Of a stretch of DNA of 64,000 nucleotides, positions 1 to 21,161 are shown in pieces. The notes beneath the pieces are model-generated. The model was not told the origin of the DNA and searched no databases. It worked only from the letters and a program-made list of their open reading frames with translations. The stretch lies in assembly GCF_009914755.1 (NCBI RefSeq), contig NC_060942.1. One strand, 5' to 3'. The position numbers and the translations under genes were made by a program. Source of the stretch: the human T2T-CHM13v2.0 reference genome, Homo sapiens. The number at the start of each line of letters is the position of its first letter. Position 1 is the first letter of the stretch.

Positions 1-217
1 AATTAACACTCCCTAAAAGAAGTTCTAATCTGAATGTCTCTGTTCTGTTTTATAAAACCAGCAAATTGTCTTTCAGAATTAAGCACCCTCTTGGCTTTGT
101 TTCTGCAGCAATTTCAAATATCAAATAGCCACAAATTTCTAAAAAATTTTCATTTAAACTCTAAGACAACTTGGTTCTGTGTATAGACTTCGAGAAAAGT
201 TAAGATTCTGGGATATT

Positions 218-551
218 CAGTGGACTCCCTTAATCACAAGGTATACATTGAAGATTCTTAGTGGATGTTGGAAATTGAAGATAGTTCTCTACATAGACTA
301 GGTTAGGTTTTTTGCTATATATATATAACAATAACAAAGTTTAATATATGAATTAGGCACAGTAAAAGGATAACAATAATAATAAAATAGAGTAATTATA
401 GCAATATGTGACCCTCATTATTCTTGGGCTTTGGGGCAGACTAAAACTTATGAATTATTTCTGGAATTTTCTATTTAATGTTTTACAACTGTGGATGACT
501 GCAAATAACTGAAACCAGGGAGAATGAAACCTCTGATAAGGGGGGCTACTC
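218..551 (-). mobile_element. MER44/Tigger7-like Tc-Mariner MITE
   Basis: Ends cagtggactcccttaatc and gataaggggggctact; internal aattaggcacagtaa and aactgaaacc motifs. Confidence 0.7.
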
Positions 552-834
552 TATCTGATAAAATTCTTACATAAAAATATGGAGAAACTTTAGACAAAGA
601 AAATAAGACTATCATTAGGGTAATTACTTAAATACTTTTATTTATCTTTTTAAGTCTTCCCTAGACATTGTTTAGACTTCCTTACTTGCAAACAAATTAA
701 CCACCTAAAGTTCTATACTTTAATTCAAACATGCAATCATTTCTCTAGTTATTTTACTGAACTCAAAGTCCTAGAATATGTGGGCATGATGATTCTTATA
801 GTATCACAGTAGCTTCATTGGTTATAATTTATAC

Positions 835-1555
835 CTGACAAATGAGATGTATCTTCATTTTTTTATGCATCCTAGATAATAGAAGGCATGTTCTGCCTTA
901 ATTTTGACTTCAAGGTTCATTTCTCACTTGTCTGAGCATTGAGAGAATTACTTGGAAATTTGCAGACATTTCTGTTTCTCTGTGCACATTTATATAAAAG
1001 ATGGGGTGCCATACTGTGCTTCTTTATTCCATTTTAGAACTCATACAATTCAGAGAACAGTTATTTTCACAAATTGGTAAATTCTCAGAAATTAAAAATA
1101 AGTAAAAATCAATGTTCAATCTCACAATATAACACTTGTAAACTAAATTCAATTGCTCGTATCACTGTGCATTTTACTTTAAAACTATTTAGTCACTATA
1201 CAAAGCAAAATATAGTTATTGAATATTTAGGTTTACACAGGGCATGCTTCTTTTTCTTAATTTCTACAATGTTCACGGGATGGCTCATCTCCCGTTGTTT
1301 GAATATGAATCCATTTCATAGAAAGTAAGCAGCACTCTACCTGGGGTGAATTCATTTTGTGATCTTTAACATTTCCATTTCTTCAAAATGAGCCAACATC
1401 TGCTCTTCTGAAGATCCAAGTGTGTCATAACTCATGTGATATCTACTTTTGTTGCCAGGATAGCAGCACATTTTAATGAAGTCAACAAATCCAAATGTCA
1501 AATTGTAGATGAAATTGCAAAATGTAGCACTCAATGCCTCAAAATTGCTACATTC
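835..1555 (-). pseudogene. Dynein relic: start of C-terminal domain
   Basis: Acceptor tgcaacag at 1556-57; GSSEEQMLAHFEEMEML vs G.SREE.V...A.DIL.KL; IVLK*NAQ*YEQL vs .VL.QE..RYN.L; candidate donors at 1340 and 834. Confidence 0.55.
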
Positions 1556-1760
1556 CTGTTGCATAAGACACATAGATGGAAATTTATAATTCTTTATGGC
1601 AAAACCCAAACACAGCCCAATTACAGAAGCTGTCTGTTTACTAAGTAATTGACAGCATTTAATTTTCAAACCCTGCTAGGACAAAAAAGTGTCTTTCATG
1701 TTAAACTAATTAATTAGAATTGCATGTAGAATAATATATTTTTGTTAAAAACAATCAAGA

Positions 1761-2070
1761 AGCCAGGCATAGTGGCCCAAGTCTATAGTTCTAGTCCTTT
1801 GAGAGACCAAGGCAGGAGGATTGTCTGAGGCAAGGAGTTGGAGACCAGCCTGGGCATAATAGCAAGACCCAGTCTCTAAAAAATAAAAATAAAAATAAAA
1901 ATAAGATTAGCCAGAACTGGTGCCACATGCCTGTAATCCTAGCTACTCAGGAGACTGGGGTGAGAGGATTTCCTGAGCCTAGGAGTTCAAGGTTGCAGTG
2001 AGTTATGATTGCAGCAGTGCATTCCAGCCTGGTCAACAGAGCAAGACCCTGTCACTAAAAAAAAAAAAAA
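1761..2070 (+). mobile_element. AluJ
   Basis: Diverged dimeric Alu with A-rich linker and poly(A) tail. Confidence 0.9.
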
Positions 2071-2882
2071 ATTAAAATTTAAATTTAAAATAAGCAAAAA
2101 GTAATGTGCATTATATATGTCATTGAAAATGATCCAAACTGATTAAGTTACATATACTTTGTCATTTCTGTGATGTTATATGCATACATTATTGATGTGC
2201 ATAATCATAAAACAAATTTCAGGCCTCCACCCTAATTACTTCCTGGCTTTCTACATAGCCTGTCCCGTTCTACTCTCCTGGCTTCACCCACACTCCAGCA
2301 AAACTGCCTCCTTCTGCGATACAAATACACTAAGATTTTGATGGCGTTCACACCTTTACTTCACCATTTTCCTCTGAATATTGTTTCTATTAATCTTTGT
2401 AAAACTAGCACTTCCTTGTCATTTAAATCTCACTGTAAAGGGCTTTCTTTGACCTCTTAGTGGCTCCACTGAGTCTTTGTAGCATTTATCACTCTCACGT
2501 TTTTTTTTTTTTTGCTTCCTATTCCTAGTTTATTTCTGTCTCCCATGTAAGTACTGCAATTACCAAACTTTTCTCTATTTTACAGCTATATTGCAATATC
2601 CTGCACAATATTTGACACATTTATTTTCTATATGCTTAGCAGAGGAGAGGTTCATGCAAGACCACATGGGTCCTTTTAAGGAAATTAAAGACTGCAACAA
2701 GGACACAGTGAAGTTTACAGTGAATATGACAGCCTTGACCTTTCTCAAGACATTTTCTACGGTTAGAACATTCTCATATTTCAGTTCTCAGTTCAAGAAA
2801 GTTCTTTTCTAACTACCACATTTAAACAGATTCACTCTTACTGTTCTTTGTCGTAGCACACTATTTATTTCCTGCATGATAT

Positions 2883-10346
<7,464 letters not shown>

Positions 10347-10379
10347 ATATTAGGTTATAGAAATATTATATTAGTTTAT

Positions 10380-11060
10380 GAACTATTTTTCTGCTTCTGC
10401 CATTGTAATAAATAGTCCATGAGGGCAGTGATCCTGTGTCTTTTGTTCACCATTGTATATTTTGCTGCCTAATCCAGTGTCTGGTACGTGGTGCTTAAAA
10501 TATTGGCTGAATGAGTGGATAATGAATTTAATGTATATTTTACAGCTTCTGTCTAATAAGCTTTGTGACCATTCCAATATGTGTAAGGGAAAATTATAGA
10601 AAATTAAAATATGATTTCCATTTTTGAGCAATTCTGGGCAAATGGATAGAGGAAAGTACCGTTTACTAAGAAAAATGGATGAGAGATGAAGGATGGATCA
10701 GCAGAGGTAGAGGAATATGTATGGAAAGGGGTTGAAGACATGTTATGTATAATATTTTTTGAAAGTTACAAGACGTCCTAAGATAACCCAAGTAGGTAGT
10801 TGGATATATAGGCTAGAAATTCAGTAGAAAGGTCTGGGCTATGATTTTGTTTTGTTTGTATATTATGAGCATTTAGCAGATGCTTAAGGCCATGAAAATG
10901 TATGAAAGCACATAGAAAAAATGTAAATATTTAGAAATAGAAAAAAACAGGATTTTCCCTGTGATTTCTAAAATTTAGAGGTTCTTGGGAGGACCTTGAG
11001 CTTTTTAAGTGACAGAAAACAAGTGGCTGATGAAGTGAGAAAAATACAAAGTCATTTCTA
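10380..11060. mobile_element. L2 fragments
   Basis: L2 3' end (...aatattggctgaatgagtggat) followed by opposite-orientation L2 sequence (gtaggtagttggatatatagg). Confidence 0.6.
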
Positions 11061-11510
11061 GAAGGAAGAAGTGCTCACCACTTTTTAAAAATAGTAATTA
11101 TAAGAGGACTGATGATACATAGCATTGATCTGACATATACATGAAAGATATTCAATCACAGTTAATTACAATTTGGCCTGTGTGTATTTTCTCTATTGGT
11201 TATGAAAATTAAATAAATATTCTGGAATCAATTTATAGCTAATTAATAATATAACCTTAGGCAAATTACTCTGGTTAGTCCAGGGCCAGACAAATAGTAA
11301 GAGTTCCATTCTATTTGATTAATTAACTTCCCTAGGTGTCAGTTTCTTCATCCTCTCAAATGAGATATTCAGATGATCACAACGACTTCCTCAAGTTTTT
11401 TACTGCACATTTCAAAGGGAAAATATTTTGAACTACTCAACCTAAAGGTTATTTTAAACAATGTTTTCTTCTTTAGTTTTTTCCAACATGTTCGAACACG
11501 TACACCTTAC

Positions 11511-11925
11511 TTATGCTTTTTTTTTATTTTGACAAGATACTACACTTTGTAAGAATTCAGCTGTGGTTATGTTGCAAACAGTTTTCCAGTTTTCACCAAC
11601 ATGTACAATCAAAAGTAGAATACAGAAAAGGAATTTAGACATACAATAAGTAAATGAAAGAAAATAATAGTGAGTTACAAGTATTTTTTCTTGATAATTT
11701 GTCCAAATTCTAGAAGGGTAATTAAATGCAGAAGAGAAACAAACTGGCATAATTGTTCCATAATCTTTATGAGTACTTGAAAGGGCATCTGAATCCATTG
11801 TTAACAACAAATTGTTATGGATTTTTCTTTCCTTGTGCAGTTAATGAGGTCTCCATGAAGAGTTTATATTACTTCTAAGCTTCACACACACAAAAAAAAG
11901 CACTGCAAGTAGATCTTGAGAGTCA
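11511..11925 (-). pseudogene. Dynein relic: AAA6 lid
   Basis: Acceptor tctttatcag and donor GTAAGG; LLAVLFFVCVKLR vs LLF.LCFFHAVVQER; AFNYPSRIWTNYQEKILVTHY vs EINYGGRVTDDWDRRLL.TY; TTAEFLQSV vs T..EY..YI. Confidence 0.7.
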
Positions 11926-12229
11926 CTGATAAAGACAAATAATTATATTTAACTTTCAAGCCAAGTTTCAGATTATCCAATTTACTTCAATCATAACAAA
12001 GTTACTCAATACTACTGATTCTTAGATGAGCAAAAAGGTTCCCTCAAGTTTTCCTAATCTTATAAAATACCATTTTATGTACACTGGAGTAGCAAAGATG
12101 AATGAATAATTAAAAATTCACTTTCATCTAATAAAGCATTCATTTAGTAAGCACAGGAAAACATTTAAGACCAACTTAGAAAACAGGTTCTAGTTTTTTA
12201 TTTCACTTATTTCATCTCTTTTCCCTAAA

Positions 12230-12440
12230 TATGTTTGTATTTTTTTAATCCATCACCTCAAGCATTTATCCTTGGTGTTACAAAAAAAAAATCCAATTAT
12301 ATTTTTTAGTTATTTTTAAATGTACAATTAAATTACTATTGACTATAGTCACTCTATTGCACTATCAAATACTAGATATTATTTGTTCTTTCTATTTTTT
12401 GTACCCAATAACCATCCCCATTCCCCGCAACCCCATTCTG
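12230..12440 (-). mobile_element. L1MA 3' UTR fragment
   Basis: atccatcacctcaagcatttatc...ttattgactatagtcac-like motif. Confidence 0.75.
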
Positions 12441-15400
12441 TATTTTCACATACCTCAGTTTTAAAACTTACACCTCGAATTTTCTGTTTTCTCAATCTTT
12501 ATTTTTATAAGCTACTAATATACTAAATTGACCAAGATATGTAGTGCTTTTATATAATTCTGTGAAACAAAAAAAATTAGTAAAACGCATTATGAAAATA
12601 TTTGTTTCAGTAAATTAATTGGAAAATAAGTCTATTCTTAAACAAAAAAAGTTTTATATCAAGTTTTATTGAAAATTTTACCATAATAAAATTAAGGTTT
12701 ATATTAAACTAACTTGGAAAATGTAGATTAAACAGAACAATAGCAGTCAGGAAACATGGAAGTCCATCCACTGAGATTAATTATTGCCAGGTAAAGATGA
12801 ACAGTACAGGAAAAAGGCACTTCATTTTTTGAACCTCAGCTTCCTTGCCTCCCTAAAACACAGTAGAAATGTCTGCGCTGTCTAATTCAGAGTGGCTATT
12901 ATAATCTAATGGAATAGTGGTTTTGACTGGTAGACAAAATACTCTTCTAAATCAAGGTAACAAAATAGTCTGTAGCTGAAATCATGGGCTTTGGAGTTAG
13001 GAAAACCATGCATGGTTCTGAAATCAAGTGCCTGTTCCCTGGAGGGGTAAGTTACAGACAGGGAGGGAGAGATGTTAGTTTCTGTTCATTGGTTCTGTTT
13101 AAAATGATTTCATTTTTTCAACAGGTTCTAATCTCTCCTCATACAGATGCTTCATTGAACACCTTGGGCAATCCATATTTCTGGAGTTTGCCAAGATGAA
13201 CAAGATAATGACAGAGGGAGGAGAGCTCTTTTCCCCTCTAAATCCTTAATTCTCTGTTAACATTCTAACTACAAGATTCTGCATGATCAATTGATTAAAG
13301 TGAGCCCTTCACCAACTAAAAAGATAATCATGTGGGGGTAAAAAAAACCCAGCATGAATAAATAAATTCTCTCCTGAGGATAAATGGTTACTGGGGTGCC
13401 TAAGGCATACAGGAAGCTGAATTCAGAACTTTTAAAGCCTCTGCTGAGTTAATCAGGGACTACTTCTATAGGAATAGTTTTATTAATGAAGCACTCATTA
13501 AATGCTTTCTGCTTAGGTTATTTGTACGTTGCACATTAGTTTTGAACATTTAATATATAAAAATACTTTTGGAAACAGATTAAAGTTTCCATAAAGCACT
13601 GGAATCAAGTTAAATACATTTAAGTAATAATAATATTTATATCCCACTTTCCAAACAGAATAAGAGGTAGGCCTCATATTTTTCAAACTTTCTCCCTTTC
13701 CTTTCAATTAACATGTTTTAAGCTGTATTATTGACTATTTTTACATGATTTTAAGAGTATCCCATTTAATATCTATTTCAATAATTATACTATTATAATA
13801 TTCTGAGAGTAAAAGTATTACATTCAGAAACAAAAATTATATAGATTGGAGAAAAATAGTGACTTCTTTGTTGTCTACTTTGGCTAACCAAGTTAGAAGT
13901 CAATTTCAAAATATAGTGTATTTGGGGAAACAACCATGCCTTAACATTGGTTGGATATCGAGCATAAGATCAGGTTCTCTGGTAGCAAACTGTTGTATTT
14001 TAAAACTATGTGTTTCAATCATGTACTTAATAAAGGGTGAGTTCATAATTCAGTCTAACAGATCTCACATATTCTCATCTTTTTGAGTGACTAACATAAG
14101 GCTACGTTAGTCACTCAATTAGTCTTCTTTTTAGTGGGGCTACGTGCCCACTAAATAGAAGAACTGTAGACATTTCCTCAGTGTTAATATTGGAATATTG
14201 TCCTGGGTCATTCAACAGCATTTTATCACTGTTTTGTAATCAGTATGGCTGTTGGCTTCGGTGTCTGAGCAAAGCAAAACAAAAACTTACAACCTTGTTG
14301 CTTAATTGGTAACTATTCCCAAAACATTATAGAGATAGCAACATGTATTTACAATATTTCATTTTTAAAAGGTATGAAAAATAAAGTATGATATTAGTCT
14401 TTCTGAATTGCTAGAACCAAGAAAATGCGTGAACCAGGAAAATAAATGAAACCCTTAGATTCATGTGATGTGTGTACTATATATCTTTTGTAAGGAATTT
14501 TGTTCTAAATAACATGTTGATGTAAACAATCTCTTTCCCAAGCTGTTCACCTGGAGAATCATGGCTCCGGGCACAAATAGATGGATAAATGCTTACTTTT
14601 TCAACCATTGTAAATGAGGAGCTAAGAATGCAGGCATATATACTTCTAATTGTAGTAATTTTTTATTAAAAGAAATGTAATTTAACTAAAACTTCTCTTT
14701 TTGTATACTATATATTTTCCAGACTAATTGAAAGAATCTGAATTACTGGGTAATATTAATAATAATTTGCTTACAATTTTAGAGATTACAATATATTTTA
14801 AATTATATTATTGATGCATTGCTTCATTTACAGCTATTACTCTAAAATGTTATTTGGTTAATTTTCTAGAATATATTATTTTTATCTTAAATAGAAATTT
14901 AATATAAAAAACTATTAATTGATTATTAGGACCTCATTCTAATTTCACATAGTAAAATTGTCTCTTCCTCCTAAAAAAATAGCATAACTGCCCATTCAAA
15001 GGCTCATATTGTAGTGATCACGTATCCATCTCAAATAACAAAGCAAAGAGTTTATATCTGAAATGTAATGAGGTAACAGGAAGTTAAAGTGTTTTAAAAT
15101 TTTAACATTATTAAGATTGGGAAGACTGATATGTTCATAGAAATAAAAAGGAGAAGTCCCAGAAGTGTGCACGCCTAGAACAACTGCCTCATTCTAGGTC
15201 CTAGCCTCACTGTCATGGCAGACTCAGAAAACCCCAGGCTAAGAAGCCATCAACCACTCCTCAGTTACTCTATAGACCCTACTGTGTGAGCAAAGCATCT
15301 TGAAATCAACAGAATGCATTTATATATGTAACATACTCAAGAGGACATCTGTATTTAACATGTTTGCATAAGCTTGAGATTCACTGTCTGGACCAAGGCT

Positions 15401-15769
15401 GTCAATTATAACTTATTTTGGAAGCATTCTATAGCTGCATTGTCAAACGTGGTAAGTACTAGCAGCATGGGCTACTGAGTGTTTGAGATGTGATTGCGGA
15501 GCTAACTTTATTCATGTTATTTGCATAACTTCAGTGACCTTGTTCATCTACTGGCTAGAAGTCATGAACAAGAATCAGCAGAAACTAAAAACTGTAGAAT
15601 CCGACCTGAAAATTCTATAGATATGAGATTTATAAAATACAGAAGATAGAATTAGTATGCTTCATTTTTAAAGTAAAAATGGAGATTAAATATATGAAGA
15701 AAAATTAAGATATCTGAAAATGTACTAAATTTCTATCAATAAAAACTATTAAGTTGAAATTTGTATTGC

Positions 15770-15986
15770 AGCTGGGCACAGTGGCTCATGCCTGTAATCC
15801 CAGCATTTTGGGAGACCAAGGTGTGTGGATCAACTGAGGTCAGGAGTTCAAGAGCAGCCTGGCCAACACGGTGTAACGGTGTCTCTACTAAAAATACAAA
15901 ATTAACCACGTGTGGTGGCACACACCTGTAGTCCCAGCTACTCAGGAGGCTGACAAAGGAGAATTGCTTGAGCCTGGGAGGTGGAG
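15770..15986 (+). mobile_element. AluS, 3'-truncated
   Basis: Left arm and part of right arm, ending at gggaggtggag. Confidence 0.9.
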
Positions 15987-16272
15987 CCTTTACCCTCAGA
16001 AAACTAACACAGGTACAGAAAACCAAATATCACATGTTCTCACTTATAAGTGGGAGCTGAACAATGAGAACACATGGACACACGGAGGGGAACAACACAC
16101 ACTGGGGCCTGTTTTGGGGTGGTGGGGAAGGAGAACATCAGGATTTATAGCTAATGCAAGTGGTGCTTAATATTTAGGTGATGGGTTGATAGGTGCAGCA
16201 AACCAACATGGTACATTTTTACCTGTGTGACAAAACTGCATGTCCTCCACATATATAGTGGAACTTAAAATT
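15984..16272 (+). mobile_element. L1PA 3' end
   Basis: aaactaacacagg...atgttctcacttataagtgggagctgaacaatgagaacacatggacac...gaacttaaa. Confidence 0.9.
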
Positions 16273-16399
16273 AATTTTTTTGAAGATATCAAAGAGCCTA
16301 AATAAATGAAAATATACGTCATGTTCTTGAACATATCTGCAACTTACAAGAAATGCTATTCCAATCTAATTCTCATTAGGGTTTGTGTGTATGTGTGTC

Positions 16400-18372
16400 T
16401 GTGTTTATACACCAATAATAAACTACCTATAAAGGAAATTAAGAAAAACAATTACAATAGCCTGAAAATGAATAAAATATATAGCAATAAACTTAACAAA
16501 GGAGGTAAAATACTTCTACACTGAAAACATTAAAACACTGATGAGAAAAATTATAATGAACATGGATAAATAAAAGGACAGCTCATGTCCATGAGTTGAA
16601 AGAATTAATATTACTGAATAATACTACTCAAAGTGATCTACAGGATTCAGTGCAATCCCTATCAAAATCCCACTGGCATTTCTTACAGAAAAAAAAATCC
16701 TAAAATTTTATACAGAACCACAAAATCCTTGATAGCCAAAACAATTTTGAGAAAAAACAAAGCTGAGGGTATCAACACATTGTGATTTCAAAATGTATTG
16801 CAAAACTGCCATAATTAAAACAATATGGTACTGTCATAATAACAGACATAGACCAATGGAACAGAATAGAGAGCCCAGAAATAAACTGATGCATGTATGG
16901 GTAATTGATCTTTAACAAGAGTATAAAGAATAATGGAGAAAAAACAGTCTCTTCAATAAATGGTGTTGGGAAAACTGGATATTCGCATGGAAAGAAAGGA
17001 AAGAAATTGGACCCCTTTCTTACATCATACACAAAACTCAACTTAAAATAGATTAAAGGTGTAAACCAAAGACCTGAAGTCATAAAAGTCCTTCAAGGAA
17101 ACATAAGGAAAAGCTGCTTGACATTATTCACAATAATTTATTGGATGTAACCCAAAAACACAGGCAACAAAAGCAAAAATAGACAAGATCTCAAACTCAG
17201 AAATTTCTGTGCAACTAAAGAATTATTGACAAAATGTAAAAGTAACCAACTAAATGGGAGAAAATATTTGTAAGCCATATATCTGATAAAGGGTTAATAT
17301 CAAAATATACATCAAACACTGGCAAATCAATAGCAAAAAAACCCTAGAATTTAGAAATGAGCAAAGGAACCGAATAGACATTTCTCTAATGAAGACAACG
17401 TATGGCCAACAGGGATATGGAAGAGTGGTCAGTATCACAAATCATCAGGGAAATGCATATCAAAACTACAGTGAGATATCATCTCAAACATTTAGGGTGG
17501 CTATTATTCAATAAAATAAAATTAAATTAAAAACAGCAAGTGTTGTCAAGGATGTGGAAAAGGGGAACTCTTTTACACTGTTGGTAGAAATGTAAATTAA
17601 TGCAGCCACTATGGAAAACAATATGAAAGCTCTTCAAAAAATTAAAATAGAACTATTGTATGATACGAAAATCCCACGACTGGGTAGATATACAAAGGAA
17701 TTAAAATTGGAATCTCAAAGAATATATGTTTTCCCATGTTAATTGCAGCAATAGTCACAATAGCCAAGATATGGAAGCGACCTAAATGTCTATTTACAGA
17801 TGACTGGATAAGAAATTGTGTTACGTGCATACAATGGAGTATAATTCCACTTAATACAAAACAAAAAGCTTGCTTTTTGTGACAACATAGACAAATCTGT
17901 AGGACATTATGCTAAGTGAAATACGTCAGGGGCATAAAGACAAGTACCACACAATACTACTTGTATAAGGAATCTAAGATGACTAAACTTAGAGAAATAG
18001 AGTAGAATGGTGATTATCAGGGTCTGCAAGGAGGGGAAAATGGGAGGTGTTGATGAAAGGGTTTCAGTATGCAAGATAAGGAAGTTCTGGAGATCTAATA
18101 CACAGCATAGTGTCTGTAGTTAACAATAACTATATTGTATACTTAAAAGTGTACTAAGAGGGTTCTTACGCTAAGTGTTCCTAATAATATAATTAAGAAG
18201 AGATGAACTAAAAAGAGTGGTAAGAAGCTTTTGGCAGTAATGCGTATGTTTATTCCATAGATTGTGGTGATGGCATCATGAGTGTGTATCTATTTTCAAA
18301 CTCATCAAGTTGTATACATTAAATATGCACAGCTTTTTGTATGTTAATCATAACCTCTTACATTGGTTTGCA
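16400..18372 (+). mobile_element. L1M (L1MA/MB-type) ORF2 3' part and 3' UTR
   Basis: Decayed ORF2 (gaccaatggaacagaatagagagcccagaaataaa) and old L1 3' UTR. Confidence 0.9.
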
Positions 18373-18759
18373 AAAATTACTGGGTGTTTATTAATTTTCA
18401 AATTGCTTTCAGAGATTTACTTCTGCGATATTTTGGATTCCTAACTTATCCTTGAATTTAATTTCTTAATGAAGAAACCATAATACACATCTTACTTTTA
18501 AAAATTTAAACTTATCTTCTGTGATAAAGGGTTTCAAATAATATTTATTTTTATGTTTTTCAAAGTTACACAACAAAAAAAAGAAATGAGAAAAACTTGC
18601 AAGGTTTCTGCTTAGCCACAAAATTTTTTTAAACTCTTACAATTTGAAATTCATAAAAATACAATAAATTCTGGGTTAGTTTTCACTGACTGATTAATTT
18701 TTTACTGTGTCACTATGCTAGTAAGCATATTATGTATTTAAAGTTCTCTTCACACCAAC

Positions 18760-19183
18760 ATATGTTCATTGTGTGCAGTTTCTGTAAAAGCCAGTTTTTA
18801 TAATAATCATTTGGTCTAAATCAAGAGGATAATTATCTTCATCATCAAAGGAGAACTCTAAACGTATTAAATCTGAAGTAACCATTCTGTAAATGTCAGT
18901 TAAAATGCTGGTGAATTGTATGAATATTAATAAAAGTTCTTTGAAGTATGTTAGGGTCAAATGTGGCTCTAATTTACTCAATGTCTTTTCTTTTCAATAA
19001 GCATTTAAAAACCTTAAAGATCAAATAATTCTAATGTTCTTAGAAAGAAATCAGACAGCAAAACCCAATTAGATTTGTTGTCCAAATGTAGACAATGCCA
19101 TTATCTCATTTTCTCTCCCAATTAATTCCAAGAGAGTATACAATAATGTCTTCTATTAACTGTGGGATGTAAAGGATAACGAA
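18760..19183 (-). pseudogene. Dynein relic: AAA6 core
   Basis: Acceptor acttgtag; IIVYSLG vs ..ISLGQGQ; KSNWVLLSDFFL vs EG.WVLLQNCHL; SILTDIYRMVT vs SILQNSIKMTN. Confidence 0.65.
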
Positions 19184-19946
19184 CTACAAGTAAGTTTTAG
19201 TTAAATTTATATTATACCAAGGTCTGTATATAATGTGCTTTGTATCTTAAGAAGCTGTAAGCAAATTCTTACCTATTATTATATGATAATATAAACCTAA
19301 GTATATACCTCTGATAATTCATTTAAAATAAATTGATGTATTCTCACCATCTGTATAAAAAATCATAGGATAGCATGTTCCGAGTGAAAAAATGTAAGCT
19401 TCTGTTCTTAAGCTAATTACAAATGATTTTTTGGCCATTGATAAAAGTTCTAAATTGTTCTAAGGAAGAAAAAGTCTCAGTGAATGCCTTTTATCAATAA
19501 ACACTTTAAAAGTTAATAAATCTACTTATGCTCATTACAACTTCAGAATATATATATATTATATATATATATTTAAATTGCTGAACTTTTTGGAGGAAAA
19601 CAATCAGATAAAGAAGGAGAGGTGTGCAGGCTAGTGCATTAAATCAGGCTTTTCTCATTCCTGTCAATATTTGACCACACTCCCATGCCCACTGCCTTCA
19701 TTCTGCAAGTCGCTCCTTCTAACAACACATTACTGTGAATGCATATTAAGGAAATATTGAAAATCAGAGATAAAAGCTATGAATTCAATGAATGGCATCA
19801 GAAGAATGTTGTTTAATTATTTACTCCAAGAAAGTATCATTTATATTATGTTACTGTTGAGTTACATGAAGGTGAGCACATTTGCATATGTTTGTATAGC
19901 AGACGTTTACTAACTTCTCAATGTCCCTTGTACATTAACACTATTA

Positions 19947-20270
<324 letters not shown>

Positions 20271-20414
20271 GATGCCCACATAACTGTGTTTTGTTTGTTT
20301 GTTTTTTCCATTATTCTTTGACTCCACCATTTTACATTTCTTACATGAAGTCATTCTTTCCAGTCTCAGGGAAGATAGGGTTTTGACCATATTTTGATAG
20401 AGTGAATGACTTAC

Positions 20415-21161
20415 TCAAGTAAATATGTCACAATTTTGTGAGTAGATATTTTTTATTCTGAAAGGTGTTAATTTGCTATCACCATAACAGTTTGACTCTA
20501 TGTTAATAAGGAAAATAAATAAATGTGGTGATAAAGTTACCAGTATAGCAAAACAGCTAAGAGCTCTGCGACTAAGCTCAAAGTGTGTCAATGTCATTTT
20601 CTTTAAAGTCACGTCATCTTTAAAATGTGGAAAAATAATATTTTTCTTAAAGGTTTTTTGACGATTAAAAGGATATGTTGTGCAGATGCTTAGAATATTG
20701 TCCGACACACAGCTTGTGTTTTGAAAAACTTATAATTTATAATTTTTCACTTGAGATTTTTAAAGAAGTATATTTGTGAATCAACATCACAATATTTTTA
20801 TTTGAAGCACAGAAATATTCTTTGTCTATAGTCAACTAAAAGTCTACTTTTGTTATCATTTTTGGGTTTCTATAGTTTTGAGAAGGCAGATAAATCCCAA
20901 ATCCAATAGATGTTATATGAATTATCAAATGATGAGAATCAAACTGTAATGACTTAAAGTTTAAAAAATGTAATTTGTCCTACAGGCACAGTGTGTGACT
21001 TGTTTTTGTTTCATACAGAAGTGGTTTTCATTAATATTGAAACACACAACAAAAATTTCATGGTTACCTCAAGCTCTCTCGCCTTTAGGTTTAGTTTAGC
21101 AAATCAATTTCCCACAGAAGCCAACTGACCATGCTATATCTCAATGTCATATCTCTCAAAT
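20415..21161 (-). pseudogene. Dynein relic: AAA5-AAA6 linker and start of AAA6
   Basis: Acceptor tttacag and donor GTAAGT at 20414; LTHFELSR...LSPHLFIFLIN vs PPPFDL...S..TPLIFILS. Confidence 0.55.

Noticed and set aside
1352-1669. ORF as the terminal exon of a functional gene
   Set aside because: The 5' part lies upstream of the AG acceptor at 1556-57, dynein-like sequence appears to continue past the stop, and upstream exons are disrupted.
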